Positions 26,379-35,388 of a stretch of 64,000 nt of DNA are shown here, piece after piece. The notes beneath the pieces are model-generated. The model was not told the origin of the DNA and searched no databases. It saw only the letters and a list, made by a program, of their open reading frames with translations. The stretch spans positions 1-64,000 of the forward strand of contig DASTYT010000044.1 of the NCBI GenBank assembly GCA_035764725.1, read 5' to 3'. A program made the position numbers and the translations under genes. Numbering within the stretch: the stretch's first letter is position 1; every line of letters begins with the position of its first letter. This DNA comes from Candidatus Methylomirabilota bacterium. GTDB lineage: Bacteria; Methylomirabilota; Methylomirabilia; Rokubacteriales; CSP1-6.

Positions 26379-26882
26379 CTACAGCGCCTTCAGCATGGTG
26401 TCGGCGTCGCTGACCTCGAACTTGCCGGGCGCCTCCACGTTGAGGGCCTTCACGGTGCCGTCGTCCACCAGCATCGAGTAGCGCTGCGAGCGGACGCCCA
26501 TGCCGCGCGCGGTGAGATCCATGTCGAGCCCGAGGGCCTTGGTAAATACGGCGCTGCCGTCGGCCATCATGCGCACCTTGCCGCCCGCCTTCTGATCCTT
26601 GCACCACGCGCCCATCACGAACGCGTCGTTCACTGCGACGCACCAGATCTCGTCCACCTTCTTGGCCTTGAGCTTGTCGAAGTTGGCCAGGAACCCTGGC
26701 ACATGCTTCTGCGATCACGTGGGGGTGAACGCCCCGGGCAGGCCGAAGATCACGATCTTCTTGCCCTTGACGAGATCCGCCACGCTGAAGTTGTTGGGGC
26801 CGATGGTGCAGCCGGGCTGCTCGGTCTCGATCATCTCGGTGAGCGTGCCGCCGGGCAGCTTGTCGCCGACTTTGATCGCCAT
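26379..26882 (-). CDS. Peroxiredoxin (Prx5-like/type II) with in-frame TGA at the peroxidatic Cys position; candidate selenoprotein
   Basis: GAGGAG RBS plus ATG at 26882. MAIKVGDKLP…FGLPGAFTPT-[TGA at 26715-26717]-SQKHVPGF… continues to the stop at 26379. The TGA replaces the Cys of the conserved FTPTCS motif. A candidate SECIS hairpin follows 14 nt downstream. Confidence 0.65.
26686..26700 (-). other. Candidate bacterial SECIS hairpin
   Basis: On the mRNA, GCCAGG-GUU-CCUGGC (6-bp perfect stem, G/U in the apical loop) begins 14 nt 3' of the UGA. It extends to a possible lower stem AAG…CUU. Confidence 0.45.
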
Positions 26883-26964
26883 GAGTGTCTCCTCGGTGGA
26901 CGGATGGGATTCGCTGATTCCGCGCGGATCGCGCGTCGAGGGGGAATGGTATCACACGCGCCCC

Positions 26965-27005
26965 GGCCGCGGCCTGCCGGCCCCGTCCCTTCCCGGCATG
27001 CCGGG
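26965..27005. promoter_or_regulatory. Two perfect palindromes (GGCCGCGGCC; CCCGGCATGCCGGG) in the divergent prx/shc intergenic region, possible operator
   Basis: Read directly from the sequence. They sit between divergently oriented start codons. Confidence 0.2.
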
Positions 27006-27037
27006 AGCGGGGCACCGATCGTTTACACTGAGTGCCT

Positions 27038-29050
27038 ATGTCGTCCTCCTCGTTCGAGCCCGGCGAGGGCGCGCTCCCGCGCGTCCGGCCCGCGGCGGAG
27101 AGCCGCGAGGCCCTTGCCGAGAAGGCGAGCGTGGTCGCCGACCACGCCGCCGAGGCGGTGCTCGCGCTCCAGAAGCCGGAGGGCTACTGGTGCGGCGATC
27201 TCCTCGGCGACAGCACGCTCGAGTCGGACTACGTGGTGTTGCAGCTATGGCTGCATCCCCCCGACAACGATCCGTGGCGGCCGCCCAGCTGGGACCGCAT
27301 CCTGCGGGCGCGCGAGGCCATCCTCGGCGTGCAGGGAGCGGACGGCGGATTCCCGATCTACCCCGACGGCCCCGGCGAGATCAATGCGACCGTGAAAGCC
27401 TATGCGGCGCTCAAGCTCGCTGGGCTTTCACCCGACGCCGAGCCGATGCGTCTCGCGCGGGCGGCGGTGCTGCGGCTGGGCGGCATCCAGGAAACGAACA
27501 GCTACGTCCGTATCAACCTGAGCTTGTTCGGCCTCTACCCGCGCCGCTACGTGCCCACCATCCCGCCGGAGCTCGTGCTGCTCCCCGGCGGCATCATCTA
27601 CGAGATGTCGTCGTGGACGCGCGCGATCGTGGTACCGCTGTCGATCGTGCAGGCGCGCGCGGGGCGCCGGCCCGTCCCCGCGGGCTTCACGCTCGACGAG
27701 CTGGCGCTGCCCGGCAAGAGCTTCCGCTTCCCGCGGCGGGACCGGCTGTCCGCCGTCTTCACGCAGATCGACGCCGCGCTGAAGGTGTGGGAGCACCGCG
27801 CGCCCGAGGTGATCCGCAGGTCGGCGCTTCGCGAGGCCGAGAAATGGATGCTCGATCGGACGCGGCACAGCGACGGGCTGGGCGCGATCTATCCGGCGAT
27901 GATGTACTTCATCATGGCGCTCGAGTGTCTCGGCTATCCGCGTGATCATCCCGATCTCGTCGAAGCCCTCCGCGTGTACGAGGAGCTGATGACGGACACC
28001 GGGGAGCGGCTCTACTTCCAGCCGTGCTTCTCGCCGGTCTGGGACACCGCCATCGCGATGTTCGCCCTCGGCGAGCAGGGCCACGAGGCCGCGGCGGCGC
28101 AGCGTCGCGCCGCGGACTGGCTCGTCGCCAAGGAGATCCGCCGGCGCGGCGACTGGTCGGTCAAGCGGCCGGAGACGGAGCCGTCGGGGTGGGCATTCGA
28201 GTTCAACAACGAGCACTACCCGGATATCGACGACACCGCGATGGTCCTGCTCGCGCTGCAGCACGCGAAGGCCAGCGATCCGGCGGCGCAGGCGCGCTGC
28301 GAGCGGCGCGCCCTGATCTGGCTCACGCAGATGCAGTCGAGCGACGGCGGGTGGGCCGCGTTCGACGTGGACAACAACTGGGCCCTGCTCAACCGCGTGC
28401 CGTTCGCCGACCACAACGCGATGCTCGATCCCACCTGCCCGGACATCACCGGGCGCGTGCTGGAGGCGCTCTGCCGCCGCGGGCTGAGCATCACCGATCA
28501 GCCGGTCGATCGCGGCGCCGCGTATCTGCTCCAGACGCAGGAGGAGAACGGCTCCTGGTACGGGCGCTGGGGCGTGAACTACGTCTACGGTACCTTCCTC
28601 GCGCTGCGGGGGCTGCGTGCCGCCCACGATCGGACTGCCTCGCGCGCCATGTTCCAGGCCGGCCGCTGGCTCGCGTCGGTGCAGAACGCCGACGGCGGCT
28701 GGGGCGAGAGCTGCGCGAGCTACGGCGACGGACAGTTCGTGCCCGCGCCGAGCACGCCGTCGCAGACCGCGTGGGGACTGCTGGGGCTCATCGCGGCCGG
28801 GCAGGGCGACGGCGACGCCCTGATGCGCGGCGTGCGCTACCTCATCGACACGCAGAAAGCCGACGGCACGTGGGACGAGTGGCTCGCCACCGGGACGGGC
28901 TTTCCCGGCGTGTTCTATCTCCGTTACACGCTCTACCGGAACTACTTTCCGCTGCTGGCACTGGCGCAGGCGCGGCGGGTGCTGGAGGCGAGCGCGCGGA
29001 GCCTGCGGCTCGTCCGTGAGGGCGGGATCGGCGCCCGCGACGCCGACTGA
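27038..29050 (+). CDS. shc: Squalene-hopene cyclase
   Basis: DxDD motif 'DIDDTAMVLLAL' and multiple QW repeats (QxxxGGW). ~670 aa. ATG at 27038, alternative GTG 27032. Confidence 0.85.
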   Translation: MSSSSFEPGEGALPRVRPAAESREALAEKASVVADHAAEAVLALQKPEGYWCGDLLGDSTLESDYVVLQLWLHPPDNDPWRPPSWDRILRAREAILGVQGADGGFPIYPDGPGEINATVKAYAALKLAGLSPDAEPMRLARAAVLRLGGIQETNSYVRINLSLFGLYPRRYVPTIPPELVLLPGGIIYEMSSWTRAIVVPLSIVQARAGRRPVPAGFTLDELALPGKSFRFPRRDRLSAVFTQIDAALKVWEHRAPEVIRRSALREAEKWMLDRTRHSDGLGAIYPAMMYFIMALECLGYPRDHPDLVEALRVYEELMTDTGERLYFQPCFSPVWDTAIAMFALGEQGHEAAAAQRRAADWLVAKEIRRRGDWSVKRPETEPSGWAFEFNNEHYPDIDDTAMVLLALQHAKASDPAAQARCERRALIWLTQMQSSDGGWAAFDVDNNWALLNRVPFADHNAMLDPTCPDITGRVLEALCRRGLSITDQPVDRGAAYLLQTQEENGSWYGRWGVNYVYGTFLALRGLRAAHDRTASRAMFQAGRWLASVQNADGGWGESCASYGDGQFVPAPSTPSQTAWGLLGLIAAGQGDGDALMRGVRYLIDTQKADGTWDEWLATGTGFPGVFYLRYTLYRNYFPLLALAQARRVLEASARSLRLVREGGIGARDAD

Positions 29051-29201
29051 CGCCCGGGGGCATCCCGCCCCTACAGTCCACGACACCGCCTCGGCGGGAG
29101 ACCCGGCCAAGTAGCTGAAATCCCTGTAGACTTTTCTGGCATATCGGTTGCTGCGCTCCGTCCCGGGGACGTTTCGACCACCGACGGCGCGGGAGGGACC
29201 C

Positions 29202-30167
29202 ATGGGCATCGCGAGCTTCGTGAAGAAGCAGTTCATCGACGTCCTGCAGTGGACGGAGGACGGCGACGACGTGCTCACGTGGCGGTTTCCCACCGCCGAC
29301 CTCGAGATCCAGCAGGGCGCGCGGCTCATCGTGCGCGACACGCAGATGGCGCTGTTCGTGGATCAGGGCAAGGTGGCCGATCTCTTCGGCCCCGGCACCC
29401 ACCCCATCCACACGCGCAATCTGCCCGTCCTCACGGACCTCCGCCACTGGAACAAGCAATTCGAGTCGCCGTTCAAGAGCGAGGTGTACTTCTTCTCCGT
29501 ACGGCAGCGGCTGGGCCAGACCTGGGGTACCGCGAGCGCGCTGACCATCCGCGACCGCGAGTTCGGCGCGGTGCGCATCCGCGCCTTCGGCGTCTACGGC
29601 TTCCGCGTGGGCGACCCGCGCGTGATGTTCCGTGAGCTGTCCGGCACGCGCGACAGCTACGGCCTGGGTGACCTCGAGGGGCAGCTGCGGAACACGCTCG
29701 TCTCCGCCCTCACGGATCACCTGGGCGGCAGCCAGGTGCCCTTCCTCGACATGGCGGCGAACCAGGAGGCGCTTGCCCGCGCGGTGCTCGGCAAGGCGCA
29801 GCCGGCCTTCCAGGCCCTCGGGCTCTCGCTCGTGAGCTTCCAGATCCAGAACATCTCGCTGCCGGAGGAGCTGCAGGAGCGGCTCGACGAGCGGATCGGC
29901 ATGGGCATCGTGGGCGACCTCCCGCGCTACACCCAGTTCCAGACCGCGCGCTCGATCCCGACGGCCGCCGCGAACGCGGGCGGCGCGGCGGGCGCCGGCG
30001 TGGGGGTGGGCGCGGGCATCGCGATGGGGCAGGCCATGGGGCAGGCGATGCAGCGGCCCGCGGCGCCCGCGGCGGCCGCGCCCGTCGGCACGGTGTGCCC
30101 GCGCTGCAGCACGCGGCTCGACCGGCCGAGTAAGTTCTGCCCCGAGTGCGGCAGCGCGCTGGCCTAG
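29202..30167 (+). CDS. SPFH/Band-7 domain protein with C-terminal zinc ribbon (COG4260-like)
   Basis: N-terminus 'MGIASFVKKQFIDVLQWTEDGDD' is typical of this family. Gly/Ala-rich linker, then CPRCS…CPECG. GGGAGGG RBS. Confidence 0.75.
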   Translation: MGIASFVKKQFIDVLQWTEDGDDVLTWRFPTADLEIQQGARLIVRDTQMALFVDQGKVADLFGPGTHPIHTRNLPVLTDLRHWNKQFESPFKSEVYFFSVRQRLGQTWGTASALTIRDREFGAVRIRAFGVYGFRVGDPRVMFRELSGTRDSYGLGDLEGQLRNTLVSALTDHLGGSQVPFLDMAANQEALARAVLGKAQPAFQALGLSLVSFQIQNISLPEELQERLDERIGMGIVGDLPRYTQFQTARSIPTAAANAGGAAGAGVGVGAGIAMGQAMGQAMQRPAAPAAAAPVGTVCPRCSTRLDRPSKFCPECGSALA

Positions 30168-30186
30168 CGTTCCGCCGAGATCCAGC

Positions 30187-30924
30187 GTGGCGCTCGCCTG
30201 TCCCGGCTGCAGCGGGGAGATGACGCAGCGGACATTCGAGGCGAACTACGGCGCGCCCATCGACCTCGATCTCTGCCTGACCTGCGCCGCCTTCTGGTTC
30301 GACGGCATGGAGAGCCTCGCGCTCGCGCCCGGCGCGGTGCTCGATCTCTTCGTCCTGATCCACGAGAACAGGCGAGCGCCGGCGCTGATGGGCACTGCTC
30401 TCGCGTGCCCCCGCTGCCGCGCGCCCCTCGCGCGCACCGCGAACATGCAGCGCAGCACGCGCTTCTCGTACTGGGGCTGCCCCGCCGAGCACGGCCACTT
30501 CATCACGTTCCTCGAGTTCCTCCGCGAGAAGAACTTCGTGCGCCCGCTGAGCCCGCTGGAGATCGAGGATCTCAAGCGGAACGTGCGCAGCGTGACGTGC
30601 TCCTCGTGCGGGGCGCCGGTGGACCTCGCCAAGGGCTCCGCGTGCGGCTACTGCCGGGCGCCGCTCTCCATGCTGGACGCCAAGCAGGTGGAGACGGTGG
30701 TCGCGGGGCTCAAGCGCGACGAGGCCAGGCGGGAGGACGCGCGGCAGGGGAGGACGGACCCCCTGCTCGTCGCCCAGCTCTTGCAGGACCGGGCCGCCGT
30801 CTCCCGCGATTTCCGCAAGCTGGAGTCCGAGGCCCCGTACCTCCGCTACAACCTCGCCGCGGGCACGAACCTCGTGGAGGAGGGCATCACCGCCCTCGTC
30901 ACGCTCCTCGGGCGGCACCGCTGA
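30187..30924 (+). CDS. Zinc-ribbon (zf-TFIIB-like) domain protein
   Basis: Three CxxC pairs (CPGCSGEM…CLTC, CPRC…, CSSCGAP…CGYC). GTG start 20 nt after the SPFH gene stop. Confidence 0.6.
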   Translation: MALACPGCSGEMTQRTFEANYGAPIDLDLCLTCAAFWFDGMESLALAPGAVLDLFVLIHENRRAPALMGTALACPRCRAPLARTANMQRSTRFSYWGCPAEHGHFITFLEFLREKNFVRPLSPLEIEDLKRNVRSVTCSSCGAPVDLAKGSACGYCRAPLSMLDAKQVETVVAGLKRDEARREDARQGRTDPLLVAQLLQDRAAVSRDFRKLESEAPYLRYNLAAGTNLVEEGITALVTLLGRHR

Positions 30925-30940
30925 CCGGCGGACCGGCGCC

Positions 30941-32305
30941 CTACGCGAGGGCGGTGAAGACGCTCCGGGCGAGGGCGGGCAGGTCGGGATCGCGCGCGCC
31001 CATCAGCAGCACGGTGTCGCCGGGGCGCGCCTCCGCCGCCACCCAGCGCACCACCGCGGGGTGGTCGGGCGCGTAGCCGCAGCGGAGCGCGGCCGGTAGG
31101 TCCTCGGCCAGCATTCCGCTCGTCACATCCTTGGTCACGGTACCGCCCGCGTAGAACACTTCCGCGTAGCAAAAGCGATCGGCGGGCCGCAGGAGGCGCG
31201 GCAGCATCTCGCGCAGCTCGGGCCGCAGGAAGCGCGCGGGGCCGTAGCCGTGCGGCTGGAACACGGCGACGACCCTTGCCGCGCCGGCCTGCGCGGTCGT
31301 CAGCGCGGCACGGATCTTCTCGCCGTTGTGCGCATAGTCGTCCACCACCCGGACTCCGCCCGGGGTGACGCCCATCACCTGGAAGCGGCGGGCCACGCCG
31401 GGAAAGGTGCGGATCGCCTGCTCCACCGCGCGCGGCTCGATGGCCAGCTCGAGCGCGACCAATGCGGCCGCCGCCGCGTTCTCGAGATTGTGCGCGCCGG
31501 GCTGCGGGACGTCGATCGTGATGTTTCCGCTCGAAGTGTAGAGCGCGCCTCGGGCGCGTGACGGGCCCACGGCCGCGATCTCGAGCCGCGCGGCCGCGTC
31601 CGGCGCCGCGCCGTAGGTCCGCGCGCCGAACTCGCGGCCCAGTGCGGCGGCCTCGGGCGAGGCGGCATTCACCAGGAGCCGGCGCGACTGGCGCGCGAAG
31701 GCTTCGAACTGCGGGCGCAGCGCCTCCACCTCGCCGTGGTCGCGGCTGATGTTGTGGACGAGCCCGAGGCCGGCGGCATAGCCGGTGAGGGTGCCGTCGG
31801 ACTCGCAGGCCTCGGCGGCCACCGGCGCGCCCTCGGGCCCGGCCTGAAAGCAGCCGCTCACGCCCTCGCCCACCAGCGCCGCGCCGCCCAGCACGGTGGC
31901 GGAGCGCCCCGCGTCGCGCAGGATCCAGCCCACCATGCCGGTGATCGTGCTCTTGCCGCTGGTGCCCGCGATGGCCACGCCCGGGCCCCCCGCGTTGACG
32001 ATCTCCGCGAGCAGCGCCGGCCGCGCGATGCGCTCGATGCCGAGCTCGCGCGCCGCCTTCACCTCGGGCGTGTCCGCCTCCACCGCGGTGGAGTACACGA
32101 AGCGGTCGAGCCCCGGCCTGATCGCCGAGCCGTCCTGGGGCAGGAGGCGAATGCCGAGGGCGCGGAGCTGCGCGGCGAGGTCGGCGCTCTTGCCCTGGTC
32201 GAAGGCGCGGTCGGAGCCCTGCACGTCGTGACCGCGGGCCCGCATGAGCCGCGCGAGGGGATTCATGCCCGCCCCACCGATGCCCGAGAAGTGGTAGCGG
32301 ACCAT
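30941..32305 (-). CDS. Mur ligase family protein (MurC/Mpl-like)
   Basis: 'HFSGIGGAGM…VQGSD' N-terminal domain and P-loop 'IAGTSGKSTITGM'. Stand-alone, away from any dcw cluster, so possibly murein-peptide ligase Mpl. Confidence 0.7.
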   Translation of the reverse strand: MVRYHFSGIGGAGMNPLARLMRARGHDVQGSDRAFDQGKSADLAAQLRALGIRLLPQDGSAIRPGLDRFVYSTAVEADTPEVKAARELGIERIARPALLAEIVNAGGPGVAIAGTSGKSTITGMVGWILRDAGRSATVLGGAALVGEGVSGCFQAGPEGAPVAAEACESDGTLTGYAAGLGLVHNISRDHGEVEALRPQFEAFARQSRRLLVNAASPEAAALGREFGARTYGAAPDAAARLEIAAVGPSRARGALYTSSGNITIDVPQPGAHNLENAAAAALVALELAIEPRAVEQAIRTFPGVARRFQVMGVTPGGVRVVDDYAHNGEKIRAALTTAQAGAARVVAVFQPHGYGPARFLRPELREMLPRLLRPADRFCYAEVFYAGGTVTKDVTSGMLAEDLPAALRCGYAPDHPAVVRWVAAEARPGDTVLLMGARDPDLPALARSVFTALA

Positions 32306-32391
32306 GACCCCAGGATAATAGGATGCGGGCCGAGATCCTAAAGGGCGCACACCCGAAGGCCACGAAGCCGCGCACACGCCGAGGAGGCCCC

Positions 32392-33696
32392 ATGGCCCGT
32401 AAGCCCGCCGTCGAGCCCCGCCCCATCACGCCGGATTCCATCGACCCCAAGCATCGCTGGGACCGGCCCATCCAGGCGCCCGGCCGCATGCAGGTGGACT
32501 TCGAAGAGCGCGTGGACTTCCGGCGCCTGCACGCCTACCGCCTGGGGCGCACGCGCCAGGCCCTCGCCCGCTCCGGCCTCGGCGCCCTCCTCATGTTCGA
32601 CCAGTACAACATCCGCTACATCTCCAGCACCGTGATCGGGGAGTGGGCTCGCGACAAGCTGATTCGCTACTGCCTGCTCGCCGGGAGCGGCGAGCCCTGG
32701 GTGTGGGACTTCGGCTCGGCGGCGCGCCACCACCGGCTCTACGCGCCGTGGCTCGACGCCACCCACTGTCTCGCCGGCATGGTCGGGATGCGCGGGGCGG
32801 TGTCCCCGAAGTCGGGGCTCTTCGAGCAGGCCGCGCGCGAGATCAAGGAGATCCTCGTGCGCGAGGGGGTGGCGGGCACGCCGATCGGCATCGACATGGT
32901 CGAGCCGCCGTTCCTCTTCGCGCTCCAGAAGCAAGGCATCGAGGTGCGCGACGGCCAGCAGGTGATGCTGGAGGCGCGGGTGATCAAGAACGTCGACGAG
33001 CTGGCCCTGCTCAACATGGCCGCCGCCATGGGTGACGGCGTCTACCAGGACATCTACGAGGCGCTCAAGCCCGGCGTGCGCGAGAACGAGATCGTGGCGC
33101 TGGCCAACAAGCGGCTCTACGAGATGGGCTCGGACTGCGTGGAGGCTATCAACGCGATCTCCGGCGAGCGCTGCTCACCTCATCCGCACAACTTCACCGA
33201 CCGCCTGATCCGCCCGGGCGACCAGGCCTTCTTCGACATCATCCAGTCCTTCATGGGGTACCGGACGTGCTACTACCGAACGTTCAGCGTGGGCCGCGCC
33301 ACCGGACCCCAGCAGTCGGCCTACAAGAAGGCGCGCGACTGGATGGACAGCGCCATCGACCTCATCAAGCCCGGCGTGAGCACGGACCGCATCGCGCGCT
33401 GCTTCCCCAAGGCGCAGGACATCGGCTTCGAGAGCGAGATGGCGGCGTTCGGCCTGAACTTCTGCCACGGCCTAGGCCTGGGGCTCCACGAGCGGCCCAT
33501 CATCTCGCGCTTGAATTCCATGGAGGAGCCGATGGAGCTCCAGGCAGGGATGGTGTTCGCGGTGGAGACGTACTGCCCGGCCACCGACGGCATCTCCGCC
33601 GCCCGCATCGAAGAGGAGGTGATCGTGACGCCGAAGGGTGCGCAGGTGATCACGCTCTTCCCCGCCCAGGAACTGCCCATCGCGAATCGCTACTGA
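32392..33696 (+). CDS. M24 family metallopeptidase (creatinase/prolidase fold, DddP-like)
   Basis: Creatinase_N plus Peptidase_M24 architecture. ATG at 32392 with GAGGAGG RBS. The longer ORF from 32323 is probably an extension. Confidence 0.65.
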   Translation: MARKPAVEPRPITPDSIDPKHRWDRPIQAPGRMQVDFEERVDFRRLHAYRLGRTRQALARSGLGALLMFDQYNIRYISSTVIGEWARDKLIRYCLLAGSGEPWVWDFGSAARHHRLYAPWLDATHCLAGMVGMRGAVSPKSGLFEQAAREIKEILVREGVAGTPIGIDMVEPPFLFALQKQGIEVRDGQQVMLEARVIKNVDELALLNMAAAMGDGVYQDIYEALKPGVRENEIVALANKRLYEMGSDCVEAINAISGERCSPHPHNFTDRLIRPGDQAFFDIIQSFMGYRTCYYRTFSVGRATGPQQSAYKKARDWMDSAIDLIKPGVSTDRIARCFPKAQDIGFESEMAAFGLNFCHGLGLGLHERPIISRLNSMEEPMELQAGMVFAVETYCPATDGISAARIEEEVIVTPKGAQVITLFPAQELPIANRY

Positions 33697-33716
33697 CGGC
33701 TGCGCGAGCCCGCCCC

Positions 33717-34907
33717 GTGCGCGACTCCGTCGGCGCGATCTTCCGCGTCTTCCTGGCCCTGGGCCTGACCTCGTTCGGTGGGCCCATCGCGCATCTGGGC
33801 TATTTCCGGCGCGAGTTCGTGGAGCGCCGGAAGTGGCTCACGGAGTCCGCCTTCGTGGACCTCGTCGCGCTCGGCCAGTTCCTGCCCGGGCCCGCCTCGA
33901 GCCAGGTCGGCTTCGCGGTGGGACTCTCGCGTGGCGGCGTGCTCGGCGGCCTCGCGGCATGGGCCGGCTTCACGCTTCCCTCCGCCATCGCGCTGGCGCT
34001 CTTCGCGCGGCTCGCGGGGCGCCTCGACGGCGCGGCGGCGGGCGGCGCGCTGCATGGGCTCAAGCTCGTCGCGGTGGCCGTCGTCGCCCAGGCCGTATGG
34101 AGCATGGCGCGCAGCCTCTGTCCCGACCGCGAGCGGGCGAGCATGGCCGTCCTCGGCGCCCTGACCGTGACGTTCGCGCCGGCCGCCGCCGGGCAGATTA
34201 CCGCCATCGTGCTCGGCGGGTTGGTAGGCCTCTGGCTGTGCCGGGGAGCGGCGGCGCCGTCGGAAGGCGCGCTGCCGATCCTGGTGCCGCGCGCGCTCGC
34301 CTGGAGCTGCCTCGCGGCCTACGCGCTGCTGCTGGTCGCCCTGCCCCTGGCGGTGCGGCTGGGCGCGGGCCCGCCCCTCGCGGTGTTCGAGGCGTTCTAC
34401 CGCGCGGGCGCCCTCGTGTTCGGCGGGGGGCATGTCGTGCTGCCGCTGCTCGAGAGCGCGGTGGTGACGCCGGGCTGGGTTGGCCACGACGCCTTCCTCG
34501 CGGGCTACGGCGCGGCCCAAGCCGTGCCGGGCCCGCTCTTCACGTTCTCCGCGTACCTGGGCGCGGTGATGAGCGCGCCGCCCGGCGGCTGGCCCGGGGC
34601 CGCGCTCTGCCTGGTCGCGATCTTCCTGCCCGGGCTGCTGGTCCTCATCGGCGCGCTGCCGTTCTGGGACGCGTTCCGCCGCCACGCGGGCGCGCAGGCG
34701 GCGATGCGCGGGGTGAACGCCGCCGTCGTGGGGATTCTCGTCGCGGCGCTCTATCACCCGGTGTGGACCAGCGCGGTGCGGGGTCCCGCCGATTTCGCGC
34801 TCGCGCTGGTGGCCTTTGCGCTGCTGGCGGTGTGGACCCTGCCGCCGTGGGCGGTGGTGTTGCTCACCGCCCTGGGCGGCCTGCTGCTGGACACCTTCAC
34901 CCCTTAG
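33717..34907 (+). CDS. chrA: Chromate transporter ChrA
   Basis: 'LGLTSFGGPIAHLGYFRREFVERRKWL' is the CHR family signature. Duplicated CHR halves. GTG start at 33717. Confidence 0.75.
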   Translation: MRDSVGAIFRVFLALGLTSFGGPIAHLGYFRREFVERRKWLTESAFVDLVALGQFLPGPASSQVGFAVGLSRGGVLGGLAAWAGFTLPSAIALALFARLAGRLDGAAAGGALHGLKLVAVAVVAQAVWSMARSLCPDRERASMAVLGALTVTFAPAAAGQITAIVLGGLVGLWLCRGAAAPSEGALPILVPRALAWSCLAAYALLLVALPLAVRLGAGPPLAVFEAFYRAGALVFGGGHVVLPLLESAVVTPGWVGHDAFLAGYGAAQAVPGPLFTFSAYLGAVMSAPPGGWPGAALCLVAIFLPGLLVLIGALPFWDAFRRHAGAQAAMRGVNAAVVGILVAALYHPVWTSAVRGPADFALALVAFALLAVWTLPPWAVVLLTALGGLLLDTFTP

Positions 34908-34916
34908 CCCTGGAGC

Positions 34917-34955
34917 AAAACAAAAAACCCTCTCCCCGGTGAGACGGGGAGAGGG
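34917..34955 (-). terminator. Rho-independent terminator downstream of trxA
   Basis: On the minus strand: CCCUCUCCCC-GUCUCACC-GGGGAGAGGG followed by UUUUUUGUUUU. Confidence 0.7.
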
Positions 34956-34977
34956 CTAGGGTGAGGGCGTCGCGTCG

Positions 34978-35307
34978 TTACGCCAGCGTCTCGATCTTCT
35001 TCTGCAGGGCTGCCTTCGGCAGGGCGCCGATAGCCTGGTCGCGGATCTTGCCGTCCTTGACGAACAGGATGGTCGGGATGGAGCGCACGCCGAAGCGCGA
35101 GGCCAGCGCGGGATGCTCGTCCACGTTGACCTTGGCCAGGGTGACCTTGCCGCCCGACGTCCGCGCGAGGTCCTCCAGCACCGGGCTCACCGCGCGGCAG
35201 GGGCCGCACCACTCGGCCCAGAAATCCACCATCAGCACACCCTCAGTGGTCGCAAGGGTCTCGTCGAAGGTCTTGTCGTCCAGATGGAGCACGCTCGAGT
35301 CAGTCAT
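34978..35307 (-). CDS. trxA: Thioredoxin
   Basis: WCGPC active site. GGAGG RBS before ATG 35307. Confidence 0.9.
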   Translation of the reverse strand: MTDSSVLHLDDKTFDETLATTEGVLMVDFWAEWCGPCRAVSPVLEDLARTSGGKVTLAKVNVDEHPALASRFGVRSIPTILFVKDGKIRDQAIGALPKAALQKKIETLA

Positions 35308-35388
35308 GTCTCTCGCCTCCACGAATTGAGATGCCGCATCCCGGGGTCCGGGTTCCAGGTCATTTTTCCCTGAATCTACAGGTATTTG

